A stretch of DNA of 64,000 nucleotides. Origin: Sphyrna mokarran (lineage: Eukaryota). Both the position numbers and the translations under genes were made by a program. The notes under the pieces were generated by a model, which saw only the letters and a program-made list of their open reading frames with translations, made no database searches and was not told the origin of the DNA. The stretch lies in contig JAGIQG010000014.1 of assembly GCA_024679065.1 (NCBI GenBank), forward strand, positions 43,896,001 to 43,960,000. Direction: 5' to 3'. Of the stretch, positions 9,901 to 21,502 are shown one piece after another; within the stretch, counting starts at the first letter, position 1; every line of letters begins with the position of its first letter.

Positions 9901-12619
9901 CTTTTGTATAAAGCTGGGAAACTTGTTCTTTCTCCAGTTCAGATTCAAATTTAAATGAAGTAGGAAGAATCTGATCCCTAAGGTCAGGGCCAGTAGGGTT
10001 AGAATCCATAGTAGGAGCATTCTCTTCCACAATACACAATGGACTGGTTTGTTTCATGTTTGCCAACTGAGAGTTACGTAGCATCTCTGGTGATTTTAAC
10101 ATAGTAATAATACTTGGTGCATTTATTTGGCGTGGATTGTTACCTGATTGAACATCATTTGTTTTGTCTTTATATGATGTCTGTTCACTTTGCACTTCTT
10201 CAGTAGCCTGTGACATGTAATCTGCATGTTTATTCTCTGAAATACATGATACATTTATAGTCTTCTTTTGCTCTGGTGCATTAATACATAAGTCCTGTAA
10301 CATGGGGCATGGTTTCTCAGGATTCAATTCAAACGTTCTCTCTGTTAGAATTTTATCTTGGCTATCTGGATTGTTTTCACTCCAAGTTCTAAAAAGACTG
10401 GTTGCACAGCCATTGAGGATGTTTGTGTTCTTCTTCCCATCCCAGCTTAAACCACCTTCACACTCTAAAGAACTGAAACTGTGTTTTTGTTCCATGTTTC
10501 TATTTTCCTCATTACTTGCATCATTTAATTCACACTCATTCTTTCTGAAATTGCCTTGGATGAAATTGAAAGGTTCAGATTTTGAAGTAGAATCTTCAGG
10601 TTGAATTTGTTGCGAAACTATAGTAGGAATGTCAAAATTTTCCCTTTTCACAAAGTTAGGGGTTGAGGAGATAGGAGAACTTGTATTCTTATCTAATTCA
10701 TGCTCTATTTTGAGACCTTGTTCAAACTGCATTTTCTTGGATATCACATTTGTGATAAGGTAGGATGCAAATTTATTCTTCAACAAAGGTCCATCGGGGG
10801 TTGTTGCATTATATTGCTGTTCACCAATACTCTCTTCATTTTTCATATCTGGGTTCTCCGCATGAGTCGTGTCTTCACAGTTTAGTAAACATTCTGAAAT
10901 TTCCTTTTTATTCTCAGTATCAACTGCTGAATCAACACAGACACAGGAATTAATGGCACCTCTTGAAGTAAAAACTTTTAATTCACTTCTCTGTTGTTTT
11001 CTGAGTTCAATTTGTCGTTTTGGGACTGTTCTGCTTGTTCTCAAATCTTTGCCTTTGTCTTGTGTTTCCACAACCACCTCAACACACTCACACTGTATTC
11101 TGTCAAGTGAGTCATCAAGTAATACCATGTTGCTTTCTTCAGCCTCAGCATGTAAAGCACAAGCTGTGTTGCTGCAATCTGAGGGCTCCTCATTATTGTC
11201 AAATGCACCAGTGTAATCTAACCCAAAAACGCAAGCTGACAATCTGTTTGTTTTGTGGCTTTCCTCTGACAAAGGTGATGAAAAATCAATGCATGCTTTA
11301 GAGTTATAAATGCCAAGGTAATCATCACTTGGACAAGACAAACTTCGAAAAGCCAAAGCGGTTAACTTTTGAACCTCGTAATCAGTCTCATCTAATTCAC
11401 TTGCCACGCTGGATGTTTCACTCACACAATCAGTTCTTATACTGTTAACACATGAATCATCTTTGAAACCATTTTCAAACTTATCTATTTGAAACATTTC
11501 TTCGGGGTCATTTAAACCAGGCTGCAGATAACAGCTCGGAGATTCATGTCTATTTAATCCAATCTTCTGAATTTTGGTGAGCTGCGCTGGGCTACCTCTC
11601 TCTTTGGTTTTGCTATTCTGAGCTGTGATTGACAATTGAACCTGTTGGTCTCCATTTCCTTCACAGTTCTCGATATCTGTGCCCCTAACTGATAGATCGT
11701 ACTCAGTTGATTTGCTGGCTATCCCTCGGCTATGTGATTTTCTATTTGTGGTTAATAAAGTATCATCAGGTACCAAAACACTGCAGCAAACATTTCTTTC
11801 TTCCTGAGAACCAGAAGTAGTTTCATATTCGAAGGATTTATTTTCATCAACAATTTTTACCATTGCTCTCTTACTATTTTTGTAATTGGAGTTAACATCA
11901 GGCTCACTCTTGTTATCTAATCTACTCTCCATCAGCTCTCCATTTAATTCACAGGCATCCCGCTCTAGATATATTCCACACAGCTCAGTTTTATGCTTAT
12001 TCGCAAATATTTGCTCTTGCCCTTTGCAACAATAAGATTGAATTGAACTGTTCTCATTTTTAGAATTATTTGACTGGTCACTGCTTCGTTCTTTTTGTGA
12101 ATCAGCTAAAATCGGGGAACTGCCACTTTCAGAAACATCTTGATTTTCATCATAATCCGTAGGAGGTTCTTCAACGTCCTCAAATGGTCCACTGCAGTCA
12201 CTGAGATTTTCCAGATTCTCAGAGCCTGCAGCTGTATGATAGGAACCAGAAGAATCACAAGGAGTATCATCGGCCTTAGAAAACAAAGATGATTCTGGCG
12301 ATGTCTTTACAGTGGATATGAAGTCCCCATTCTCAGGTAGCTGGTCATTATTTATATAATCAGGATCTGCAACAAATCCAATGGGAATTGTATTTACTGT
12401 AAGTCGCCTGCAGTCCTCTGTCAAAATGTGATGAACAGACTCTGTTTTTGCAGCTGTATTTTCTGAAATAAAACTTGAGTCCGTATTTGAGTTATTTGAG
12501 AGGTTATTGGACCATCTTTCAGAAATAAACATGGAGCCAACTTCAGACTCATCTCTTCGGTTACACACATTTTCTGAGGGCTTTTTTACAAATGGAAGTT
12601 CTTCATCCAAATAATTCAT
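6911..12619 (-). CDS. PROB1: PROB1/C4orf54-family protein (DUF4585-containing), single 5.7-kb coding exon, 1902 aa; probable PROB1 orthologue
   Basis: Uninterrupted 1902-codon ORF. It has family motifs I recognise: SSVASELDETDYEVQKLTALAFRSLSCP (~11330-11420), TVPKRQIEL (~11003-11030), KFASYLITNVISKKMQFE (~10720-10780), and the paired C-terminal KKLLIDPETGKHYFV and RKMLLDPETGCYVEIVIP (DUF4585-type, ~7255-7370). It lies downstream of DNAJC18 on the same strand, as PROB1 does in human. The family call is firm; the choice among paralogues rests on synteny. Confidence 0.8.
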   Translation of the reverse strand: MNYLDEELPFVKKPSENVCNRRDESEVGSMFISERWSNNLSNNSNTDSSFISENTAAKTESVHHILTEDCRRLTVNTIPIGFVADPDYINNDQLPENGDFISTVKTSPESSLFSKADDTPCDSSGSYHTAAGSENLENLSDCSGPFEDVEEPPTDYDENQDVSESGSSPILADSQKERSSDQSNNSKNENSSIQSYCCKGQEQIFANKHKTELCGIYLERDACELNGELMESRLDNKSEPDVNSNYKNSKRAMVKIVDENKSFEYETTSGSQEERNVCCSVLVPDDTLLTTNRKSHSRGIASKSTEYDLSVRGTDIENCEGNGDQQVQLSITAQNSKTKERGSPAQLTKIQKIGLNRHESPSCYLQPGLNDPEEMFQIDKFENGFKDDSCVNSIRTDCVSETSSVASELDETDYEVQKLTALAFRSLSCPSDDYLGIYNSKACIDFSSPLSEESHKTNRLSACVFGLDYTGAFDNNEEPSDCSNTACALHAEAEESNMVLLDDSLDRIQCECVEVVVETQDKGKDLRTSRTVPKRQIELRKQQRSELKVFTSRGAINSCVCVDSAVDTENKKEISECLLNCEDTTHAENPDMKNEESIGEQQYNATTPDGPLLKNKFASYLITNVISKKMQFEQGLKIEHELDKNTSSPISSTPNFVKRENFDIPTIVSQQIQPEDSTSKSEPFNFIQGNFRKNECELNDASNEENRNMEQKHSFSSLECEGGLSWDGKKNTNILNGCATSLFRTWSENNPDSQDKILTERTFELNPEKPCPMLQDLCINAPEQKKTINVSCISENKHADYMSQATEEVQSEQTSYKDKTNDVQSGNNPRQINAPSIITMLKSPEMLRNSQLANMKQTSPLCIVEENAPTMDSNPTGPDLRDQILPTSFKFESELEKEQVSQLYTKDSITIKSKTDDPPSHVKDMSKLVQNTYSALTFCNIKAKSEVPEEIYNPSSLEQSLPATQHKLSPIFIQCQSISRKADKVESNDDIVDKKYCTCTGNSGISRIFSSDFQLPIPFNKQKNKTISAKRIDCKIYPIKEDESDANGHLMCITNEVTPERKIQALSISNNQESKLSVMKVQVGTEHQKNHLTNFVLNNEIADLVLGKGEQNNEFQVGLENMSNRLPSSATTTENTEKSLSKMEPTGNVKSELENELSTKSNSSKEEISITFDADEPRGEIPETTQNKTALLMNSSLNKNVDSSQRKAEPKTGVQSKMEIQNNQLGIFNNDDDHVELSNEKSYLQNDFQVNLKNQNEPFHNSNTGNKDVSLWKNDPNKDFKMRLENENKCLSKSTTNDEETQKFLRKGTHKKEIQFRLEKQNKMLENLTLDDEEATLSLEKHEMESELQVGLEDQNKMFESSALNVGSASLLLDDPKGQIELAHDNQSTLVLKAEDTNILPDINKHKNEMQTGQQEENRSLYGSSSNCKLSPLINHLNGEIHNIMEGQNNLLNSCKQNKKEFKIEHDSRKDTVKSEMTPATEKVGITFISELQSFKDNKISMVSEEGGQNVNKDCSESRNNKIVHTQVQLPSDINLISVKTTESSAASLESSNCPETIKISSQNSVQETKTQDVHGKTAFSADVCNTIVNKATQAAQASLNFTNTNMTLLDSINPDVKLPTKTIGDQTKQQSLETKTSPVSKASVQEEASVSDRANYLTIPIGEHKLQVPPQIQMPASLHPDIPKLDHYSTTISPHQQNWETLDPQKQEQQAFSSTRQIPSVVEKCYKVPESPHFLANPQFPCFQYCFMDKKLLIDPETGKHYFVEASVQSPRKMLLDPETGCYVEIVIPQQTYCASPFSPFVLYPNALRPTYVPRMQFSNLFSPPLATHSDPTPESPDVQIQSNLNGTTDKQDHKNNTQKNKLAEPNHMESPCYIPTEMPVNPIPPLTSMQVISTHTQTLP

Positions 12620-12820
12620 TTTCTCAGTCCTATATAAATATGTTATTATAAATGCCCCTATAACAGTTTCAAATTAACATATCTCTAAGCTTATTTTAGC
12701 GAGAAATGTTGCCAGTAGAAAAAGATGATTCTTTATCTGTGATCCAATTACTAGACTGGGTACTTTGGTGCTTTCTCCCACTAACCCTCAAATCATTCAG
12801 GATTCTGGAAAAAAAAACAT
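12620..12820 (-). other. 5'UTR portion of the large exon and its splice acceptor (exon start 12804)
   Basis: Minus strand reads gttttttttTCCAG|aatcctg with AG at 12806-12805. An in-frame TAA lies ~55 nt upstream of ATG 12619, which implies upstream non-coding exon(s). Confidence 0.6.
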
Positions 12821-13255
12821 AATTCATTATAGCAAGCATGAAATTAAGCAAAACTGTTGCAAGTATAATAAATGAACAGGCGTTGAGTAAGACAGGGCTT
12901 GAATATTAAGGAACAGGGAGACATGCTACTAAAGCTTTGCATTTTATACTTATCAATACAAACACAAAGTCACAACAATTTCTTTAACAGGAGAAAAGAA
13001 AGTTAAAAGCAAAATATCAGGGATGCTGAAACATGAAACAAAAATTCTTTTCCAAGTGCTGGAAAATCTCTGCAGGTCTAACAGCATCTGTAGAGAAGGG
13101 GCAGAGACAACTTTTCAAATTAGGACAAGCCTTCACCAGAGTTGAAGACAAGGAAAATCAGCAAGATTTATATCAGTGAAGGTGAGGGGAGGGGGTGGTG
13201 AGAGGGGGTGAAATTGGTAAGGATATATTGACAATAAAGACAAAGGTAATGTAAA

Positions 13256-14185
13256 TAGAGCATAGAACACTACAGCACAAACAGGCCCTTCGGCCCACAA
13301 GTGTGCTGATCATATCAATACCTATCAGGCCATAGAACTATCTGTAACTCCCAATCCCATTTAATCCCATGTACTCATCCAGAAGTCTCTTAAAAGACCC
13401 CAGCGAGTTCGCCTCTACCACCACTGACGGCAGCCAATTCCATTCACGCACCACCCTCTGAGTGAAAAACTTACCTCTAACATCTCCTCTGCACTTGCCC
13501 CCCAGGACCTTAAACCTGTGTCCTCTCATAGCAACCATTTCAGCCCTGGGAAACAGCCTCCGAGAATTCCTCTCTATCTATTCCTCTCAACATGTTATAA
13601 ACCTCTATCAGGTCGCCTCTCAACCTTCGTCTCTCCAGGGAGAAGAGACCTAGCTCCCTCAACCTATCTTCATAAGGCATGCCCCCCAATCCAGGCAACA
13701 TCTTTGTAAATCTCCTCTGCACCCCCTCAATAGTTTCCATATCCTTCCTATAGTGAGGTGACCAGAACTGCATACAATACTCCAAGTGGGGTCTGACAAG
13801 GGTCTTATAAAGTTGCAGCATTACCTCCTGACTCCTAAATTCAATCCCTCGATTAATGAAGGCCAGTACACCATATGCCTTCTTGACCGCTTCTTCCACT
13901 TGCGGAGCCGATTTAAGAGTCCTATGCACGCGGACCCCAAGATCCTTCTGCTCCTCAACACTGCCAACACTCCTACCCTTGATATTATACTGCTTCATCC
14001 CATTGGTCCTGCCAAAACGGACCACCACACATTTATTCGTGTTGAAGTCCATCTGCCACTTCTCCGTCCAGTCTTGCATCCTATCTATGTCTCCCTGCAA
14101 CTTCAGATGTCCCTCCAGACTATCCACAACACCATCAACCTTCGTATCGTCGGCGAACTTACTAACACATCCCTCCACTTCCTTG
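13256..14185 (-). mobile_element. Young 5'-truncated CR1/HER1-type LINE (RT C-terminal region plus 3' tail)
   Basis: ORF with SKFADDTK, WQMDFN..KC, LYKTLVRPHLEYCMQFWSP, LFSLERRRLRGDLIEVY, continuing as RGHRFK..FFTQRVV..WN. AGAACAT-type tail at ~13256-13270. Confidence 0.95.
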
Positions 14186-16784
14186 TAGTGGTGCTGCATC
14201 CTCGATGGGATATTAAGCTTCAGCCAGAGTGAAAGACAACAAGATTTTGACAATAGACACTTCACCTTATGCTGGGATACCTGCTGAATTTTTCCAGCAT
14301 CCTCTGCTCTTTTTACTTCATTTTAGAATTTTGGATGATTAGAACACAAGGGAACAAGCCTGAATTCTTTTGTAACACAAAATAATAAGCAAATTTTCAC
14401 AAGACTACAGGACAACATGCATCAAGAATTTTCTTGGAGCTTTTCCCATTCCACCACAAGAACTTCAGCCATTAAGTTCTACTTACTCTTTGTGTCCACT
14501 GGGATATCTTGGTTGGCTGTTTTCATCCATAGCACGATTACCTACAGGTCACGTAGAAAGTTTATATCCAATATTCCCACTGATTTGGAAGTATTTCTTT
14601 CTGATTTGAACCAATCGCAGTGTGCAGCTTTAGCATTTCTCCACCAGTAGTTCTTCACTACTAGAAATAGCCCTTGCCAAACACTCATGCCCACATATTT
14701 CAGTCAAGGCAAGCCAGTGAGTAAAGAATGTTTCCGCACTGGCATCACAATGCCACGCCCAGACTGGCACATATCTGAACATTGCAACTAACACGCTTAA
14801 AATTGTTCCTTTCATAAAGCATCAACTTTAAAACTGATAAATTAAAATGCAAACATACCTATGTTTAACGTTTACATTAATTGAATAGTGCATTTCTATT
14901 TTTTTTGCCTTTACTGTCTAGTTCAATGTATCTATAAGAAAACATATTAGATGTCAAATAGACACAACTAATTCCAGACCAAATAAATGTTGTGATCAAT
15001 TGTTTAAATCTTTGTGTTTATCATTGCACATAAACATAAGTGATTCAGTAGTGGAGAAACCAATATGATACTATTTATAATCTTTCTTCCCATAGAGAAG
15101 CTCAGAATTTGTATTCAAACCCAGATAACTTGATCAGCACATATGTCAGAGATAATTATGTACAATATAATTTTGATATGTTTAGAATTGTATTCCTGAT
15201 TGTACAAGTTTTATTGACATCATAATCTATGCTGGTAGGAGTAAAAATTGATACAGAAACTGGGTTTAATTAATCCACCATTAATACAATGTTAAATCAT
15301 TTATGAAGGCTGCAATCAAGTGCATTTTTTTTACCTGGTATACAAGCATTGGCAATTAGCTTGAAAGTTAGATGGAAAAGCTGAGCATGCACATCCTTAA
15401 CTGATGAATCCAAGAAACATTTTCAGTTTTCAGTTAGAATCCCTCCAGTCTGGTCAGAAGAGTCGATGGTGTCAGCAGCCATCCACTTTGAGACTGAGGC
15501 TGTCACAAGCCCAGCAGGTCAAAGGCTCCATGTTATAATTTTAGAGGAGGAAGCATGCCAACCCTTGACTTACAGCCAACACAAATGAGCATGCATCAAG
15601 TACTTAACCATAGGGCTTGAAGTTACGTACAATCAAAATACTGTTCCTATGTTAGAATTGCTAATCTGTTATTACAATGTATCCTGAAATGTCTGTGACG
15701 CCAATGAAATATATAGCCAAATCTTCTGCATTATTGTTACAACAAATTCTAAATACATAATAAATAAAAATATATATGTTCAATATAGATATTAATATTT
15801 CTAAGTACCAATAATTTGTATTAAACTGACAGTTTTTACTTCTGGTTGTGCTCTGAATGATTCTGTCCTTTTCTGTAGCGAGGTAAAGAGTTATAGTTAG
15901 AAGCAAGAGTCAAACCCACACACATACAACAGAATATGAAACCTTCTGCTGGATTCATCATGTGGACAGCTAAATTTACCCTCAGCTAGAATGACAACCA
16001 TGAGCAAATGCTGTTTAAAGTAATTGAGAAATGTTAAAATCACACTTCAATAATAGGTGTTTGTTATTGTTTTGTAGGTTTAAAGAGTTTATTTAAATAA
16101 CTTATGTTATTTTTCCATGTTAACAATCTGCAAGAGTACTAATGCATATACAATCAGTCAATTATTCACCATAGTTCAAAACTCTTCAAAAGATCAGCAG
16201 TTTGTTTCAGAAATCAGACTTATAAATAACCTACCATACTGAAACTTGTTTATTTCTCTCAACAGCTTACAGAAACATAAGAAATAGAGGAAAGAGATAC
16301 AGGAGAATGTAAAATTGAGACACAACAACTTATTTCTGAATTCAGAAGCTGGGTTCAAGGATCTCATTTCTGATGACTATTCATTCATCTGTGTTACAAA
16401 TGACCTGAGAGTGGGCATCAGATGAGGAGAGGATTGGGTTCACCGGTGATGCTTCCAAGACTTACTATCTAAGATCATACACAAGGAGTGGCCCTTGAGT
16501 GTGTTACTTGAGAACTGCCAGAACTTTTGGGAGCTTATCCAGCCATGGTCAGCAACATCAGGTAGGGAGAAAGGAAAAAAGTAAATAATTGGCTTTTTGT
16601 ATTAATGGATAACACATATGGTCATCAAGCCATAGCCCCCCCAAAAAAATCAAAGGCATCTGTCTCCATTAGGGAGAGAGAATTTTGTCGACTCGGCTTG
16701 AGGAGTACTATTTAATAAGTTTGAGGCAAGGCAAAAGGTAAAGATTGAACCCACATCATTGGTGTTGATCTGCTTCACAAAGGA

Positions 16785-17020
16785 AGAACAAACAATAATG
16801 CAGCACAGAAACAGGCCCTTTGGCCCACTAAATCTGTACTGACACAAATACTTCTCTAGTAATTTTTTGCTTCTATGTGGTCCATATCCTTCTATTCCCT
16901 ACCTATTAAAGTATCTATCCAGATGTCCTTTGAATGTTGTTATAGAATCTGCTTCCACCATGTCCTCTGGCAACACATTCCAGGCATTCACCACCCTCCG
17001 TGTGAAAAACTTGCCCCTTA
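16785..17020 (-). mobile_element. CR1-type 3' end
   Basis: CAGCACAGAAACAGGCCCTTTGGCCCA ... CATTCACCACCCTCCGTGTGAAAAACTTGCC, homologous to 13270-13480. Confidence 0.8.
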
Positions 17021-17974
17021 CATTACATTCTAGTCAACTGCACTAACTTACCCTTCTCCCACCCTGGCATGTACAAATAAATTACAGATTTATTCCTGGC
17101 TGGAAATTACTTCATAGCCTCTCTTGAGCACTTAATTATTTAGTTTTTGATGGAGCTATGCTGATTCTTTCTATCGTCGATGAAGATTTGCAAAAATGAA
17201 CATTTTCTTACTTAAATATGATAAAATTGAAGACTTTTCTACTTCAGTATTACACTAAGCTGTTCTGCAATTAAGATTCAACAAAACATACTGTACTTTA
17301 TTTATGATCGTTATGAATTTTGTTCAGTTTCCAACTCAAGTGTTATTATGTGAGGTGCAACTGAATACAGAAACTAACTAACTATAATTAATTGAAGCTG
17401 GTATGTCTATCAATGTAGTATCATTGTCCTTACAAGCTGGAGTTGTTATCATCCCTTAATTATTGTCCTCAATGTTCAGGAGTCATGCCAACTTGCATCT
17501 GAGGGAACAATCTGGATCAGATTCTTACCCGACTCCCATCTTTTTTATGAGTTTTGCAACATCAGAACTGCTGAGATCTTTTTAAATGAGGTAATACCAT
17601 GGCCAATCTATCTTTGTCTGTGGCTCAAAGCCGAGGTTAGAGCCACTGGAAAATATTTATTACATCATTTAGAGCTTTTTGATGAAGTGATGTTGCTACT
17701 GATAGTCTAGTCTTGACTTAGCCAGCAAAACTCTTGTTATTTCTAAGTCAAAAGTTATGATTTCAAGTCCTACTCCTGAGATTTGAGTACATTATCTCTA
17801 GTCTGATTCTTCTGTGCAGTATTTGGGAGTGCTATAGTTATGAAGTGGTATATCTTCAATGATACATTAAATCAAAGTCCCCCAATCCTTCCAGATAAAA
17901 ATTTAATAAAGGTGCTGGATCTCCCTGTCGTGCTGGCCAATAATTATTTAGCAGCAAACTTCAGCAAAATTCTC

Positions 17975-18300
17975 TCACTGGGAGAGGAGTGGGGGAGTCT
18001 CGAACAAGGAGGCATAGCTACAAGGTAAAGTGTCAGTCATTTAAAACTGAGATGCTTAGGAATTTCTTCTGGCAGAGGGTGGTGAATGTCTGGAATTCTC
18101 TGCTCCAAAAGCTGGTGGAAGTTGGATTATTACAAGTATTCAAAATGGAAGTGGATAAATATTCGATAGACCAAAAAATAGAGGGCTATGGGAAACTGGC
18201 ACAGAAAAGGAATTTAGGCTAGCACAGATCAGCCATGATTGTATTTAATGGTGGGATGGGCTTGAAGGGCCTGGTGACCTAATTCTGTTTCTGTTTCGTC
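17975..18300 (+). mobile_element. CR1-type LINE 3' end nested in a SINE
   Basis: TRRHSYKVK..RNFFWQRVVNVWNSL and the AGATCAGCCATGAT motif. SINE sequence lies on both sides (~17690-17960 and ~18300-18420). Confidence 0.85.
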
Positions 18301-21300
18301 TGGCCAATATGTGACTTCACATCAACAGCAATTTGATTAGCTTTTAACTGCTTCATCTAGGGCAATTAGGAATGGGCAATAAATGTGGCTCAGCCAGAAA
18401 TGCCCACATCCCATGAACAAGTAATTTTTTTAAATTGTTGGCTATAAGAGCTTTCCATGCATATATAAGCCTGATTTTTTTGGAGAGCCTCTCAATCATT
18501 ATGAAAGAGGCAGCAGAAGCCTGAACCTGCAAGTCCTGCTCCTGAACACATTACCTATCATTTTCACGGGGTGGGGTGGGGGAGGGGGGTGTAATGGAGT
18601 CTGGTTGGAATGTGCACACCTGTGGTTCACGGAGGCAGCAACTATGCTAAAGCATAACTATCTCAGTCTGATTTGATTTTCACTGATAGTGTATTCAAAA
18701 CATGCCTCGTGAATTTTAGACCTGGTAGGAGAACATCCAAAGCTGCTGGAGTTCTTTGGTGAGCTGAGTATTCTTTTGGGAGGTAAGATACTCTTTGGGC
18801 TCCTGGGATACTGTCAGACTCTCTTTAGGAGAAGTAAGATGCACTTCTGAATTGTTAAAATCATTCATAAATGTGTGATCGAAATGCTTAAATGTGTTAA
18901 ACTTGTCAAGCTCATTGGAAGTGTCAAATAGAACAATCAAAAGGAGTTGTAAACATTATCTGTCAATAGAACTGTCAAAAAGAGCTTTCAATAAATCTGT
19001 TAAAAGGAGACATTAAAAGCAGCTGTCAAAATGAGCTGTCAAGCTTCAAAGCATTTAAAACTCTTATCCTTTAAAGAGCTGGGGGAAAACCATTTACAGT
19101 ATTAAGAAAATTAGTGCTTGTTATTTCACTCTGTCTGTTGACATAAGCCTGAGGGTTAGCATTAGAGAATTAGTGCTGCATGACTGATTTCACAACTGTA
19201 CAATCTCCTAATGAGATGCCTGTCATTCCAGCTTGTTTGACAGCTCCAAATGATTGCAAAATCTTTGATGTGAGATTATGGATGCAACACTTGTATTTGT
19301 AAGAGTTAAAGAAAATTAAACATAGTGAATGGATTTTATCAAGACATTATTTTTATAAGGAACTTTTCAAAAGAAAATCAAGAACTTTATTGTACATCAC
19401 CTCAGCATTGCTCCTAAAGTTTGCCCTTGGTGGATACTCGATGAGTTGACATGGTACATGTAAGGGCTTCTCGGTGGGGAATGCGTTGGCACTGACTTGG
19501 CACATGGGCTATAAAGGGGCATGGAATTTGGTGGGGGACATGGGTTGGCACTAAGTTGGCACAGAGCAGTAGAGGAGCATGAGGATGAGTGAGATCATAA
19601 GTTGGCATGGAGAGTATGAGGAGACAGTGGTTGCCCACCGTGATTCCCATTTTCACCTTCATTTCCCAATCCCCTGCGCCCCCAACTTTTACACTGCCAC
19701 AAATCCAAACTTTCAGGTCACATTTTTCCTCGGTTGGGTTGGAATTATCTCGAATCTGCACTCTGAGGAGCAAGAATTCAGACAATTGTGTCTTATGTTT
19801 CCTACAACATTTTCTATCCTACTATCTGTTGCTAGATTTGATTATTAAATACCTTTAACATTTCTAACACTGCCACATCAGATATAATCTCTATTTTTTA
19901 CATAACTTTTGTAACTGAACCAATATATTATGAAAGGTAGATTTAATTCAATGAGCTGCTCCGTGATTAAAGTTTTGGGGTCTAAAGTTTTTGAAAATAT
20001 ACAAAGCTGGCTAAGGGAAGCTGGTGATATCAGGAATGATCCACCTCCACCTGCCTCCTAATCTCAGAAAAACTACAGCTTTTCAGAACACATTGCTGTA
20101 GACAAGGTAAGTCCTACTATCCATCTTCCCATCTATGTGGATGATGGAAATAATTACTATAATTAAAGGATAGTTGTAAAATAAACTATTGGCTAGTTAG
20201 CAGCTTAATGATGCATTTATCGAATAGTGTAATTTGACCAAGTTAATTACTGTGTTTTGAAAGGGAGAAACGTAAAACAGCTATTAAGATTTTACTTCTA
20301 GATAAAGTTAACTCTAACATAAATGAGACGCAAACCCTCTGCAGGCAGTAACCTGGCCAATCTGTTAACCAATTAAGTTGACAGTTAAGATCAGTGGAGG
20401 TGGGGGGGGGGGTTCAGAAAATAATTTAATATAACACAGAACAAGTTTATACCCCTGAGGGGACAAGAGATCTATTTGCCAAACTGGTCATCCGTGGAAG
20501 GCAAAAGAGGTAAGGAAGAACATCTAGAAGAAAATTAACAGCAAACAGAATGCAACCAATAGTATATCAGCTGGTAACTGAGCAGGATCAGGGATGAAAC
20601 AACATGTAACAAAATAATAAGAGTAACTAAAAGAGAGAAAGAAACGTGCAAAAATGTTATCAGAAACAGCACAACAACTTTTTTGTACAAATTTACTGGG
20701 AAAAAGGGGGATCATCTGAAGTATTTAAACTCCTGGAAAACTGATAATGCTGATATTGTCCAAGAAACTATGAAAATGGCACAGAGACTGAAAAACTACT
20801 TTGCGTCACTATTTGCAGTAGAGGAAGAGATCCGCATACCAGATATCTCAAAGAACCAATACTGAATCAAGGGTAGGGTTTCACCAAAATATGTACAAGC
20901 AAAATAAAGATAATAAAGAAAATAGTTTGAAAGAGGGACAAGTCACCAGATGGCTTCCGTCCAGGTTTTAAGTAGGTGAGAAACATTAACATAATCCCCC
21001 AAAATTCTCTCAATTCAGAAATCTGGTATATACTAATATGGCGACCACATTGTTAAACTAATAGTGAAGATAAGAACAGAAGATGCTGGAAAAACTCAGC
21101 ATCTGTAGAGATGGAAACAAAGTTAATGGATCCAGGATTTCCTGCCACTTCAGAATGCCAATATCAAGACTGAGTGCGGACTCCAACCCTACATTTGCCA
21201 GATGGCAGACGGGTAGGAGGACCTCATGTTCAATATAGGATGGCAATGGGCTCCGGATATCGCTAAATTAATCTGAAGTCTATCAACTCTCAAAATTCAC

Positions 21301-21502
21301 CACCACCACCATCAAGAGACGCGAGCACTGATAAAGCAGTGACGGCATGAGCGCATCTCAAAATAGAGGGTCTCTTGGAGGGGTGAAAAAATAAAACCAT
21401 TTAGATGGGCCAAACAAGCAGATCCCTCCAATCAGCAGGGAAAATCCATTTGGGCCATGATTGCAGCCTTTGCTTTCAGCGGCCAATTCTTTGGGAGATA
21501 GA

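Noticed and set aside
7065-11301. Many plus-strand ORFs (61-115 aa)
   Set aside because: They are antisense shadows of the long minus-strand coding exon.
13540-14265. 241-aa ORF as a host or domesticated RT gene
   Set aside because: It is a 5'-truncated CR1 fragment. The N-terminal ~27 aa come from flanking DNA, and the endonuclease and most of the RT are missing.
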